DNA of 64,000 bases from Kondoa subrosea (Eukaryota). How positions within the stretch are numbered: position 1 is the first letter of the stretch; each line of letters starts with the position of its first letter. Location of the stretch: contig BCIN01000006.1 in assembly GCA_039545335.1 (NCBI GenBank), positions 248,001 through 312,000 on the forward strand, in the 5' to 3' direction. A program made the position numbers and the translations under genes. The notes beneath the pieces were generated by a model. The model made no database searches, was not told where the DNA came from, and was given only the letters and a program-made list of their open reading frames with translations. Positions 10,419 to 22,911 of this stretch are shown in pieces.

Positions 10419-13371
10419 TTACATTGCCTGTGGTTGGCTTTCACCCTCGAGCACACCAGAAGCACTTGAGGGTCTTCTTTCTAAGGCAGTATAAGCTGAA
10501 CCGAAACCAAACGAATTGCTTGTTCTTCTTTCGGACATGAAAGGATCTTCACCTCCATATTGAGCATTGAAAGCAAACATTGGGTTGGTAGGAGAAGTAG
10601 GTAAAGAAGAAGCAGAGAAACTAGTAGGCACCCAACTTCGATGTCGTTGATGATGGCCTTGCTGCTGTTGACCTGATCCTTCGCCTTGCATACTCATCAA
10701 CGTCTTGACACCCAAATCGCTGTGAGATCGATGATGACCGTGCGCCGAGTGCAGGAGATGGGCAGGTCGCTGCGGCGGAGCAAACGGTTGACCCTCGGCG
10801 CCAAACTCAGCACCGAGGCCAAACAAACCAGATGGAGCTTGTATAGGATCAACAAAACCGTTTGCTTGTTGCTGATCAGTATCTTCATGCAAGTATTCAG
10901 CTGGATTCTGATTGAGCATAGTAGAGAAGTCGAAATTGGGAGGTTCAGGAGGGGAAGGATAGCTGTACTGATCTGTTGTAGTAGGACCAGAATCCATAGG
11001 AGTGGGTTCGGATTCCATTTGACTAGCTTTCGTCACAGATATGGAAAGGGAAGATGCTTTGTTGGGAGCTTTGCCTTTGCCTTTCTTTGGTGCTGTCTTT
11101 TTTGGTGGTGGATCTTCGGCTGGTACAATTACTGCTCTCGAGGCGTCGGCAGCGTTTGTGAAAGTAGCGGAGTACTGTGAGCCGGATGAGTCAAGTCGCG
11201 TAAGCAATATAACATGGTGCTACTAACCTTTGCCATGATCTTCTTGACTGAATTAGCCACAATTTTCCAGGGGAAGACTTTGACATCCTTCTCAATGTTT
11301 CGAGGTTTAGGATTAGGGAAACCCATAATGAGCTTGAAGAACGGTTCAGCATCCGCTTTGGATTTCGATACTGTAATCGGTTTGAAGCCTTCCAAATTTC
11401 TTCTGATCCGATTCTTTTCTTCAACCGAGAACCTCACACCAACCATGGCTTCCAGTAGATAAATTGTATCAACAGAGGTGATAAAGCATTCATTCTTGTC
11501 ATCTCTGAAAATGCAAGAAACGACAATATCGGTAGCTTTGTAATCTTGTTGTCTGACTGGAGCAAAAGAACATTTGACGACATTGTTTTCTTGAATTCGA
11601 ATAAATTGGACCAATCTTCTTCTGGCAGTCCATTCTTCTTGAGTCCAACCACGAGCCATGTCATCTAAATCGCCTTCGAGTTGAAGTATAACTTTAGCTG
11701 CAGTAAGTCCTTTAGGTCTTCGAGCAGCAGGCGGTAGTTGAGAAGTTCGAATCAAAACCGGTTGACCTGCTTGTTCCGCAGCAGAAGGTAAAGGAGGATG
11801 TCTGAGAACGGAAGAGGTGTGAGTTCCGGCAGAAGGGTTGATAGCCATTTCCTCTTCATCTCCTCCTTCAATCGTTCCATTATTGGCGTTGTTATTGCTG
11901 CTAACATCTCTTTCGCCTTGTGGTTCGAAAACAGAGGGGACTGTTTCTCCTTGTTCTCCCAAGTGTGGAAGTGTATTAGTTTCCATATTGTCCACTAAAG
12001 CTTGATCATTTCCTTCGAGTGTCGGATCCCATTGTCCAGTTGATGGTCCAGGACTCATCATAGTAGAATCGCTCACTGTGAATCAGAATATTACCCTTAG
12101 CAAATGATACTGCTTAGGCGATTACAGCGACTCACTACCGGGAGTTGGGAACATTCCACTATCGCTTCTTCCACCGACAGACATGCTCAAATGAGGTGAA
12201 TTAGAAGCGGTCGAAGCGGTTCCGTTGAATCGAGGTGAATGAGTCAGCGCAGGTGAAAACTGTTGCTGATTACTGAAATGAGGTGAAGTATGCATTGAGG
12301 GTGAGAATTGCGTGAAATCAAAGGCTATAGGGTAGATCAAATCAATACAGAAAGCGATTGAATTGAAAAGAGATGAACTAACCTGCTCGACCTGGAGCTG
12401 GACGATCGCCATTGAGGGGTTCGCCCGATCGTTTGCGAGACATGTCTGGGGAAGGATAACCATAAGGAATTGCTGCAAACAAAAGTCAATATCAAAGACA
12501 TCTACAAGTCAATCTACGAAGAGATACTCACGTTCTACGTAATCGAAAGCACCAGCTTCAGCAGAAGCCAAGACCGTTTCATTTGCATCCACAGCTTGAA
12601 CCATCATTGCTACTCTTCCAGTTTGAAACGGACCAGGTAATCTTGGTGGGTTAGCCAACAGTTCCACTCGCTCAATAGAGGAAGATCGGTTTTCGAAAGC
12701 TACTCTTGTAGTGGCGTCAATGCTTCCAAACACTACCCGGAAAGATCTGATGGGCATAGTTGGATTAGGTTGAACGTTGATGACTACTTTGATTTGTGAA
12801 TTGGCTGCACCGAAAGTAGGAGTGACCAAAACTACTCGAACGTTTGGTAAAGAGTTGCCATTGGCTGAAGAAGAGTTATTGTTGAAAAAGGTTTGCCTGG
12901 TGGGCGAAGGAGGTTGGGACCCTTGTTGCATCTGATTGAAATCAGTGTTTGGTACTGCAGCAGGGTTGGGAGATTGATGAATAGCAGGAGAATGAGACAT
13001 GCTGAGATCGTTGCGGGCTTTGGTGCCTTCCATATTGACTGCATCGAAAGTATAATGTTGCTCTGTCGGCTGCTGCTGACGATCGTCTTGATGATCCATC
13101 ATTGAAACTGATTGCGACGGTGCAAATTGGGCCATTTGCCTCGGTACAGGAAAAGTGTTGGTTGCAGGATGTTGCGGAGATCTTCTGACTGAATTATCTA
13201 TATATCTATGATTAGACGTCGTTGGTTGTTGACAAGGCTTGCTAGAGCAGTAGTAGCTAACCAAAGTATGAATTATGTTCTGAGAAAGAACAATAGTATA
13301 TCAGTTTAATCTGCTTGAGGTTTGCTTGATTTGTACCGCTTACCAGGATGAAAGGCTTCTCCAAAAGACAT
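10419..13371 (-). CDS. medA: Medusa (MedA/ACON-3/REN1)-family transcriptional regulator with N-terminal IPT/TIG-like domain
   Basis: Core WTQEEWTARRRLVQF...ITSVDTIYLLE...FSVEEKNRIRRNLEGFKPITVSK...FFKLIMGFPNPKPRNIEKDVKVFPW; start MSFGEAFHP at 13371, followed by an 18-nt exon (13262-13279). Confidence 0.88.
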
Positions 13372-14544
13372 GTAATGCTAGTTGATGGTAGACTTGAGAG
13401 CAATTTCACGTTCGCTGGCCTTGAGCAACGTAAAAGGGGCGACTTTAATTGAGTCGCGCGATTCCTGAAAAGTGAATAACCGAAATCTATAATCGAATGA
13501 AATTGTCCAGAGCTGAACCAATTGGTTGAAGGTGTGGCTGCGGTGTGCTTGAGAAGCGTGTTGCAGTTGCTAGCTTATGAAAGCAAGAGAACTAAAGACA
13601 AGGTACTTTTGTAATTCTTTGAGACAAGAGCCGAGCGATGATAAGCTAAGACAGTGCCTTGCGTAGTCCAGAAGATCAGGAGCCTATTGAAGCTTGTGCT
13701 AAAGTGTTGAGATTGATTTGGACTTGATCAACGCTAGACAAGGACTGCGGAAGAGCGGCAGGGGTTGCTTAGATCTTGCTTCTGATGATACGCTTCGACT
13801 GAATGACGCTTGAACGACGACACCAAGCCTTGCCAGATTGAGGTCAAGTCCCAAAATCAGACTTGCCTAATGCGGGCACTTTTTGGGGTGAATGAGGTAC
13901 AGCTATCCGACCCGGCCTTTGCTGCTAGGGGGATGGCCCACGGTCTGACCTGCTGCTCCTGAGTGAAGTAGGTCAATGCTCGTGAGAGCAAAGTTGGTTG
14001 AGCGAAAGAAAACGGGACCGCTGTTAATTCTCGTGTCGCATCTTTGCTTCACCGGTTTTCGACCGACGCTCTTCTGCGCCAAAGAATGCATGCTGGGGTC
14101 GTGGTCAGCCTTTAGCAGAAATTTCCCTTCATGCGTGGACAACTGCTCTTGTTTCTGAAATCTGTCTTTAAACCCTATCGCGTTAAAGGGTCTCTCTGCA
14201 ACTGGACTTGCATGTCTTTCATTCTGTCATCAGATGCCTGTACTGTACACCGTCATGGAATGTTACACGTTTCTTTACATAAGCGTGCGCGAGATATAAT
14301 CAATAGAAGGTCATCATCGGCTTCTGGGCGCGAAAAAGTATTGCGAAGCCTTCTTCTCTGTCTTCTGTATTTCTTTCCTGTTCTCTGTCTGCCTCTGTCA
14401 CTGTCTGTGACTTCATTCTCCGTGGATTCATTCACAGCCCGTCGTGTAATTTTCCTTGACAAAAAGTCACGCGCCAATCTTTGACGTACAAAATTCAGCT
14501 TGTCAACCTTCTCTTCCTCTCTCTTCCTTTTGGACACACAAAGA

Positions 14545-16732
14545 ATGAGCGGGCACTCAACAGAAGGTCAGTCTCAAAGTAAGACTGGTAACCTGTCCTT
14601 GCGGAGTCTGATTGTCGCGTTACAGATCAATCTCGGTCCGATAGGTCAGTAGCTGCCTAATAAGTCCGCTGTTCGCTGTTTTACTGATTGCTTGATCTCT
14701 CTAGGCTACATGAATATCCTTCACCTCGAGCTCAGCGCAATTTCTTTCTCCCTCCGGTGCCAATTCATCAGCCTTATAGCCATGGCTCTTTCCCTCCTCC
14801 AGCTACTCTCATGGATCGACACATGCTAAGTCGACCTCAGCAACCTTACAACAGCTATCCACTTTCCAATCAATCTCACAAAATGGGGCATCCGTCGCAG
14901 CAGCAAGCTTATTACCCTGCACCAGGCTTTACATTCTATGGTCAACGCAGTCCAGCTTTTCCTACTTATGAAGACATGAGGTCTGGTCTACCTTCACCTG
15001 CATTTACTGCTAGCCCGCAACCCTCACCACACTCGACTTATTATCCATCCCAACCATCTTCCGCTACTTCTGTTAATTCTTTACACGACAGTATGAGATC
15101 GCCCTATCCTATTCAAACAAGGGAAGAACAACATCCAATGGCATTCATGAATGCTACACCTCAATTTGATCCTCAGCCTATTCCTTCACAACAAAATAGA
15201 TCGGAATCAAGACCTGGCTCTCGTCATTCTTCTCATCACAGTAGGAGATCTTCTGTTGCTGCTGCTGCTTCACCGCAGCAAGAGTTGATCCAATCTCCTG
15301 CTCCAGCCTCGATTCCAGAACAAGCTGTACAAGAAGAAGTAGCAGAAAAAGCTGCTTCGGTCCCAGCTGAAGATCCTGGCCGTTCAACTAGTACCGTAGC
15401 TGAAGAAGTAGCAAATCAAGAACCTGTAACTGAATCGGCTTTGGTTCCAGAACCACTCTTACCAGCCTCAACGCAAGGTGACACTTCTTCGCAAGTAGGA
15501 CAAGGAGAAGGCTCTTCTTCCAATACTCGAGCACCATCGGTAGCTGCAACTACTACTTCAACAAATGATCTTGAATTACCTTTGTTTGATCAAAATCAAA
15601 CAACTCCATTCATTTCCAAGTTATTACATCTGTTGACTCATGATCGATACAATGATTACATTCGTTGGACTTCAGTTGGTGATGCTTTCATTCTGTCTCA
15701 CAGTACGTTTCATTATTCCTCTTTTTCCTTGATCAAAGGTTCAGGAGATGCCATTCGTACAGCCAATCAGTACTTTGCAAATGACATCCTTCCTCAGTTC
15801 TTCAGGCATTCAAATACTTCTTCCTTTATCCGTCAATTGAACTTGTACGGTTTCACTCGTCTCCCAATGTACGTTTTTCCCTTCTCGCTCTCGCTCTCAA
15901 CTTCTGATCAATTCTCCGATACAGTATGGAACTCTTGGAAACTCTGGATGATGGAACCAACTCGCTAGCGGGCTCAGCAGCTCCCTCTTCCTGTTTCTCT
16001 GGCTTCTCTCATCCTCAATTCAAAAGGGATGACGAAGAATTAGCTAGATTGATCAAACCTAGGCCCGGGAAAGCTAGAAACAGGTCAGTCAAAAGAACGA
16101 ACGATGGTTCTGGTGCTAGTACGAAAAAGAAAGGAGGAGGAGGAAAGAAAGTTGGTACTAGTGGAGGGGTTAAGAAGGGCGGGAAAAAAGGAAAGAAAGC
16201 GCAAAGAGATGAAGAAGATGATTATTCTGAAGAGGTGAGTCTGTTGTCACTCCTTTTTGCTTGACAAATTGCTAAGAGAAGATTGGTGACCTCACAGAAC
16301 GGTCAACATCGTCCTTTACCTCTTCCGCCTATGATTCCGCACCCAGGAATGATGCATCTTCACACACAACAAGTCCCATCACCTTCTCAAGCTTACTTCG
16401 AGCATCCGCAACCTCAGTACGAAATCACTGGTTTACCAAGAATGATTCCACAAATGGCTACTTCTCCTGGTCTGCCTCTGCCTCCACCAGAACACATGCA
16501 TCAACATCATCAAATGCAAATGCGACATTTAGTCCAACCTTATCATCAAGATTATCAACATCATCCTAGTGAAATCCAGCAAAGGATGCAAAGTCAAGAA
16601 GATCAGCACATGCGTCAGCCGGAAAGTATGCAACACCAAGGTCCATCAACTCGTTCTCGCCGACAACAAGAACAAACTTCACCTAATGAAGGATTCAGTC
16701 CAGTTCAGCAAGAACAACAGCAACAGCAGTAA
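14545..16732 (+). CDS. HSF-type DNA-binding domain transcription factor (HSF/Sfl1/Skn7-like DBD, no receiver domain seen)
   Basis: TPFISKLLHLL...IRWTSVGDAFIL...FANDILPQFFRHSNTSSFIRQLNLYGF...FSHPQFKRD; Pro/Gln-rich flanks; ATG 14545 with two short 5' exons. Confidence 0.88.
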
Positions 16733-17367
16733 GAAGAGAAGTGTCAAACGCTTTCTGCCTTACGTTCATCACTTACTCATCTCGACCGTTTCACCGCGTT
16801 GGGGTTCCCTGCTTCTCTACGGATTCTCTACAATACACACTCACTTAATCATGCCCCCAGTCAATTCTTGCATCAGGAAAAGCCTCAAAGCCAAAAATCA
16901 ACCCAGTATAAAGACAAACAAGTTTCAAAAGGTGTGTATCGTTTCGGTTCAGTACACGGGAATTTCAGTTCTAGTGGAAAAAGGCAAAGTTCAAAAAGAG
17001 CTTAGTTAAATTCCGTTTGCCGTTTTTATCTTTGTATATTAGAAACGACGAGATTTGACGACGAAAAATCATTGTACACATAAATCAGAGTTCAGTTCTC
17101 CTGTCAACCTTCTGAGAAGGGAGTACAATGACCAAAGAAAACAAGAACAGATGAGAGACAGAATCGAAACGGAAATCTTAAATCAGCAAGCCTCATAGCC
17201 AAATTGGCATGACTACAGCCGTGTTGGAGAAAACCACAAGCCAAAAGAAAAGAAGTACAACTACCACAGGCATGACAAAGACTTGCACAACCATCCGATT
17301 CTCTTTCGTTTCCTAAAGAAGTTAACGCTAATACTACTTTTTCTGCCGCCCAGTTTCTTTTCCTTTT

Positions 17368-18005
17368 TCAATGATGAGCGACTTCAGCAGCAGGAGGAGC
17401 TCTTAAAGCTTCCAAGAAATCATCTGCTGTTTCTCTGTGAGTTTCCGTTTCTTCTACTGTGGTAGTAGTAGTAGATGGTGCAGCCGAGACTTCAGCAGGA
17501 GACTGTACGATCCACCGTCCCATTCTATCATTTTTATTCTGATGAGTAAGATGGAAAGACGTACGGCTGAATCGTAAGCATCTAATTCTTTAGCCAGATC
17601 GACGGAAGAGAGTGAATCTGGTTTAGTTGGTGCAGAAGGAGAATGGAATTCTTTGACTTGTCCAACATGAGCATCTTTAGCCTGTTCATCCATCATTACA
17701 CATTCAGATGACTGTATATCGATAAATGTCGGGATAAACTGACTTGAGGTGATGGTTTGAAAGATTTAAGCTCTTTCAAATAAAGCTCTTGTACGAAATC
17801 TGTCATCCCGATAATCAAGCTTAGCATCACTAGAATGCTGGAGCGAGACCCGAGGCTGACCTTTGCGAGCGATTGAGTTTGATGAGAAAGCTCGAATAGA
17901 AGCCGTTCTAGCGACCTGTTGCCTCTAATTCTCAGCCTGTATTGACTACACCCGCAGTAGACACATAAAACGAACAGGCCTAGCACATTTGAAAAGAAGA
18001 GACAT
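17368..18005 (-). CDS. ATP14: Mitochondrial F1Fo ATP synthase subunit h
   Basis: Presequence-like N-terminus (RQQVARTASIRAFSS), then KDFVQELYLKELKSFKP..AKDAHVGQVKEFHSPSAP; ends EVAHH*. Confidence 0.85.
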
Positions 18006-18091
18006 GATTGTATGAAAGCAAGCCTTTGAGGGTTCGAAATATATCGGGCGTCTTACTCTCTCTCTTGTCTGGAAGCCACCAACAAGCCATA

Positions 18092-18580
18092 ATGCTCGCT
18101 TTAGTCAGAAACGTCGTACCTGGAGCTGCTAGACGCTTCATCAGCGTTAGCGCTGTACTCAGGTGAGTTTCTATTCCATCTCTCGTGCGTTGTCGCTCAT
18201 ATGCTTTATACAGAGCTGATGTTAGTACAACCATGCCAGCAATGTGTACTAGTATGTCTTATAGTCATCTATGCAGGCTCCAAGTGGATCAAACCAGAAC
18301 TCATTCGATAACCGGGAAAAGGCGTACGTTTGTTTCACTATGTCAATTTGCTGCGTGCAGCTACCTGATCGAGTATCGTACAGTCAAGAGAATCAATATA
18401 TCAGGCAGAGGGAGCAAGAACAGCTCAAGAAACTGAATGTGCGTCACATACACGGCTATTAGCTTTCTGGAAGCTGAATAGTTCGTGTTGATCGTACAGG
18501 ACTTGAAGAACAAGCAGGCTAAGGAATTGGCCGAGACCGAAGCTCAGATCAAGGAAGCAGAGTCAAAGAACAAGGCATAA
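18092..18580 (+). CDS. INH1: Mitochondrial ATPase inhibitor IF1 (INH1/STF1 family)
   Basis: MLALVRNVVPGAARRFISVS presequence; spliced SFDNREKAQENQYIRQREQEQLKKL matches the IF1 F..REKA.E..Y.R..E.EQL motif, followed by a short coiled coil. Confidence 0.85.
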
Positions 18581-19132
18581 ACATCTGAAGGTGGGTGCTG
18601 GCATGGTCATTCAGCTTGTGCTGATTTGCCAATCTCGGTATTCACAGTCGATTACAGAGGACCCAATGAATGTGGATGTATCGAATGCGAAAGATCTTTC
18701 CCTTCTACTTCTCGCTCGCTCGCTTCTCCCTGTCTCTTTGTGACCTTATCTTCTTCCTTTTCGTCCGTAGTGATTAACTTTCTATCGTCATCAGTACAGA
18801 TGCTTGGTTATAAATCGATCCTCTTCGGTTCAGACGTACGTTTGACCAGCTCATGTGTTTTTATCAATTTTGCTCTTCCGTTCATTTCGCTTCTCATCTT
18901 GCGTCGGCCATCTCTCTGCTGGTTATAGAATACTCACTCCACGCTAGTCAGCTATCCGCGAAGTCCGTGAATCGCCAAGCGCAAATTCCCACTTATCCCT
19001 TTGTGCCAACTTTTGCGAAGTGTTCACATTCTAATTTAGCTTTCAACTCTCTCTTTCTTGCCAAGTTTCCATCGTGCTCTTCTTACATTACCAGCACTTC
19101 ATTTGTCGACTCTGAAAGGTTGTTAAGTCAAG

Positions 19133-22069
19133 ATGATGCACGACGGGAGATTCATTCACGTTCGTTTCGCTTCCTCTACTCTGAAGCTTTCCTGATCCTC
19201 AGTACGGCTAGGTGGATCCATGGCAGCACGCCAACCTCTGGAGTCTGTCCTTTTCTTTCAAGTAAATGATCTCACTGACCCCTTTTTCCACAGCTCAATT
19301 ATCAGGCTGTCCGTTTCCCCTTTGTCCTTCCAAAATTTCACTGATCTTGTCCATGTATGATATAGCTATATTATGGGACATCTACCCTTCTGTTCTCCTC
19401 TATACCGCAATAGCCACATGTGTCACATGCGTCAATATGTTGACAGTTTGGGATCTAGCTATCCCATCTACTATGCTCAGTGCGTTTCTTCACCTTTGCT
19501 ATGAATACTGATGACTGATATTTGTGGCTGATTAGCTGTGTTGGGTACCGTTATTGGTTTTGTGGTTTCTTACCGAACTCATTCAGCTTAGTAAGCTTTT
19601 GCCCTGTTACTTTCCAAGAGAAAGAAAGTTGATGAGTGTTTGAATTAGCGATCGTTTCTTGGAAGGAGCTGTACTTTGGGGCAATGTGATTACTAGTTCT
19701 AGAAAGATGGCAAGGATCATTTGGTTTCATGGTAAATATCTTCCCTCTACAAGTCTAGTTAGAGGATAGCTAAGATGCAATATTATAGTACCTAACTTAT
19801 TGGAACCACTTAAAGAGGGTGAAGCGATGGCTAGCGATGCTGATCAAGCACAAGTGTTAATTGAGAAGAAGACAATGCTGAGTATGTCTTACTTCGCTCA
19901 ATTGGGGGTAACAGAAGTTGATGATGAAATAACAGATCTGATTGAAGCTCATGTGGTTGCTCTTAAGCATTATTTACGTGGAGAAGGTGGAACTTTATAC
20001 GAAGATGTAAGTCTTTCTGACCGCTACAACAGTGAAGCTGATACGAGGATAGCTCTACCCTATTACTTGTCATCTACCTCGTTATGCTATGCCTACTTCA
20101 GTACCTATAGCTCGACCAGATCTAACAGGTCAACATTCTCATCATCAATCAGTGAATACCGGTCATAATGCTATGCATATCTTCGCTGAGAAACCAAATA
20201 CTGCTGAACCGCTTTCTACAAATCACGCTGGTCATGGAGGGAGACATAATTCCCATGCACATCATTCTGGCAATTTGGCTGTTCCAGGTTCTGGCCAGCC
20301 TGAACTGCACAGAACTAGTAAGTATTCCATGTGACGTGTAAGACTGTAATTTTATATCTCGACGTTCAGATACTGCACCTCCTGGGATCGAGCAAAACGG
20401 ACCTCAACCTCAACCACATCGACAATCGCATCATGCATCAGGTTCAGCTGCAGCTAATCACTCTACTGCTGGCTCAGATGGTCATCTTCATCCACACGCT
20501 GCTCCGAGAAGATCTATGTCTTGGTCTGGCGATACTTTGGCTGGCGAAGCTAATCCTTATAGACCTATACACGTTCGAGGTGATAATCTTCGCCATAGAC
20601 CGTGAGATACGTACCTGTTACTCTTCAATGTCGTCTAACATATAATGAAATAGCGGTTGTGAGAGCCCTCCACCTACTCAGTAAACTCGCTCTGTTGAAT
20701 CCGTAGATTGCAGCTGATTCATTTGTATAGTGGTCCACGTTCTCCACCTCAAGCACTCTTGCCATCCCGTCTTCCACCACCTTGGAACTTCATCGACGAT
20801 ATTGCGCCTTTCTTGCGACCTTTCCAGACTTTGTACAGAAAGGTCAGGAACAACTTGGCAGATGAAGATGTGAAACGTCGAAGAGTAAGAAAGAAGCATC
20901 GTACTATGCATGAAGGCGAGCTTCAAATGCATGCAAGAGTGAACCCATGGCTGATATTTCGGGCAGATAATTTGCCTTTGCAAATTCAGCTCTACTTTAG
21001 TGCCTACCTTGCGTAAGCTTTTTTTGAATTCTCTGTTGATACTTATGCTGATCATTTGATATCAGTATGCTGCAAGTGAGTGATCAGTATCGTTCCCAGG
21101 GCTCAGCTAACACGGATGGACCAAAGAGACGCAAGATCTTGGATGTGCCTACTACCACTTCGCTGATCCATGCTATCGACGAGTGTCAGCATACTTTGAC
21201 CAGCTTGGAAAAGATTGTGACTACTGTAAGTGTAACCGCTTGCTATCAGTGAGCGCTCCCAATGCGTCTACCAGCCTATTCCATTCAGTTATCTGGTCCA
21301 TTTGAAGCATGTAAGCTGACTGACTTAAGCTGAAAGTATTGACTCTGGCTGACTCGTCTACTAGTCCACTTGGCTTTATCTCGCTTTACTTCCTTTCCAA
21401 CTTGAGCGCTATCTAGGATGGGGTAAGTGTTTTCGCTTTGAGCCGGATTAATCGAGCTGACCGTTTGGTCTATAGTCACTATTCCTGCTGTCTGTGTTGC
21501 CAGCTTCATGTTCTTGGGTTTCCTCGGTGTTGCAAGCCAGATCGAAGGGCCTTTCGGATACGAGTGAGTGCTTTATAGTCTAGTAAGGTGATGATCTAAG
21601 AAAAACCCAGCGCAAACGATCTGGATTTGGACAGCTTTGTTCACGATATCGGTAGGTTGAGCTATGATATCGAACCTTGATTAGACCAAGTGTAGTTTAA
21701 CAGTGGCTCGCGAATTACAAGAGATCGCTGCTCATCCGCCTGCTGGAGTCGACGACTTCATTTTCATTAGTACGCTAGCCATTTACATATCTGAAAACAG
21801 CCAAAAGTTGTCATACAGACGCGAACGAACCTTTCTTCCCTGCTGATCATCGTTCGGCCAAACAATTTGTCAAGGATGGAGTTTCTTCTACCGAGATTCG
21901 ACAAGGTATGCTCATCTAATTTCCATACGATACAATAGCTAATTTGGGATGACTCTCAGTTCTGCTCAAAGGTCATGATCGTGACGTTGGTTGGCGCTCT
22001 TACAAGGCTACTGCGAGAAGAGCAGCCAAAGCTGGATCTGAGAATGAAAAGTACAGCAATGCCGTTTAA
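19133..22069 (+). CDS. Bestrophin-like (UPF0187/YneE) anion channel, very intron-rich
   Basis: VLGTVIGFVVSYRTHSAYDRFLEG..LWG, LEKIVTTPIPFSYLVHL and SQIEGPFGYDANDLDLD motifs spread over more than 15 short exons. Confidence 0.85.
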
Positions 22070-22911
22070 AGTCTATCTTTCCTTGTCATGTCAATACTTC
22101 TCAAGCGTTATAATCATCAGCATCTTCTTGTGTAGCTCATCTTTTACAAGAGTCCTCGCATAGTGCATAGTGCATGTTTCACGTTAGCAATGTGTGCTTG
22201 TTGCTATGACGCCCACCGAGTTTACGCGACTAAAGCAAAAGCAATTTTATGCAGTGGAGTCCATGCCGTTTTATGAACGAAGCATGGCAGAGCATTCAAA
22301 AAAGTAACGCGGAAGAGGTGTAATAGAGGCTGACAAAGCCACTGGCATTGGGCTTTCTGCGTGAAAAATGTCTCGCAGGCTGTTTCTTACATCAGCCAGC
22401 TATAGGACGATATTAGGACTCATGAACCAGCAAAATCAGATGACAAGCAAGATGGAAAGATACAGAAGCAGTAAAGGAACACAAGTGCCAAAGTTGCGAC
22501 ATGCGACTTCACAAACAACAATCTCTGCAATAAGCATGCAACAGTACTGTATCTGAGTGCCTGCTAGTACATTCCCCTTCATCATCAAAGCTGTCAGGAC
22601 CAAGATAACCTCTGTAAATGCGGGCTCTGAGCTCAGGGAAAATCTGTGGCGTTTGGGCATTTGACGATGCCGGCCAGCATGAGTGTACGAGCTTTGAGGC
22701 GTCCTTCTGTCGTTCGGTCACCACCTCGCTTGTTCTTCCTCCCTTCCTCTTCGGCCTGTTGCGATCAGAACTTGGGCATTCGTCATACGCTTCTGCTCTT
22801 GTGCTTGTTTATTGCATTCGAGTGTTGACCACTTGAAACCCCTGGCACTTCTGTTAGTCATCTTCCCATTGATACAACCATTCCTTTCCTAACGCGTGTT
22901 TCTAGTCAATC

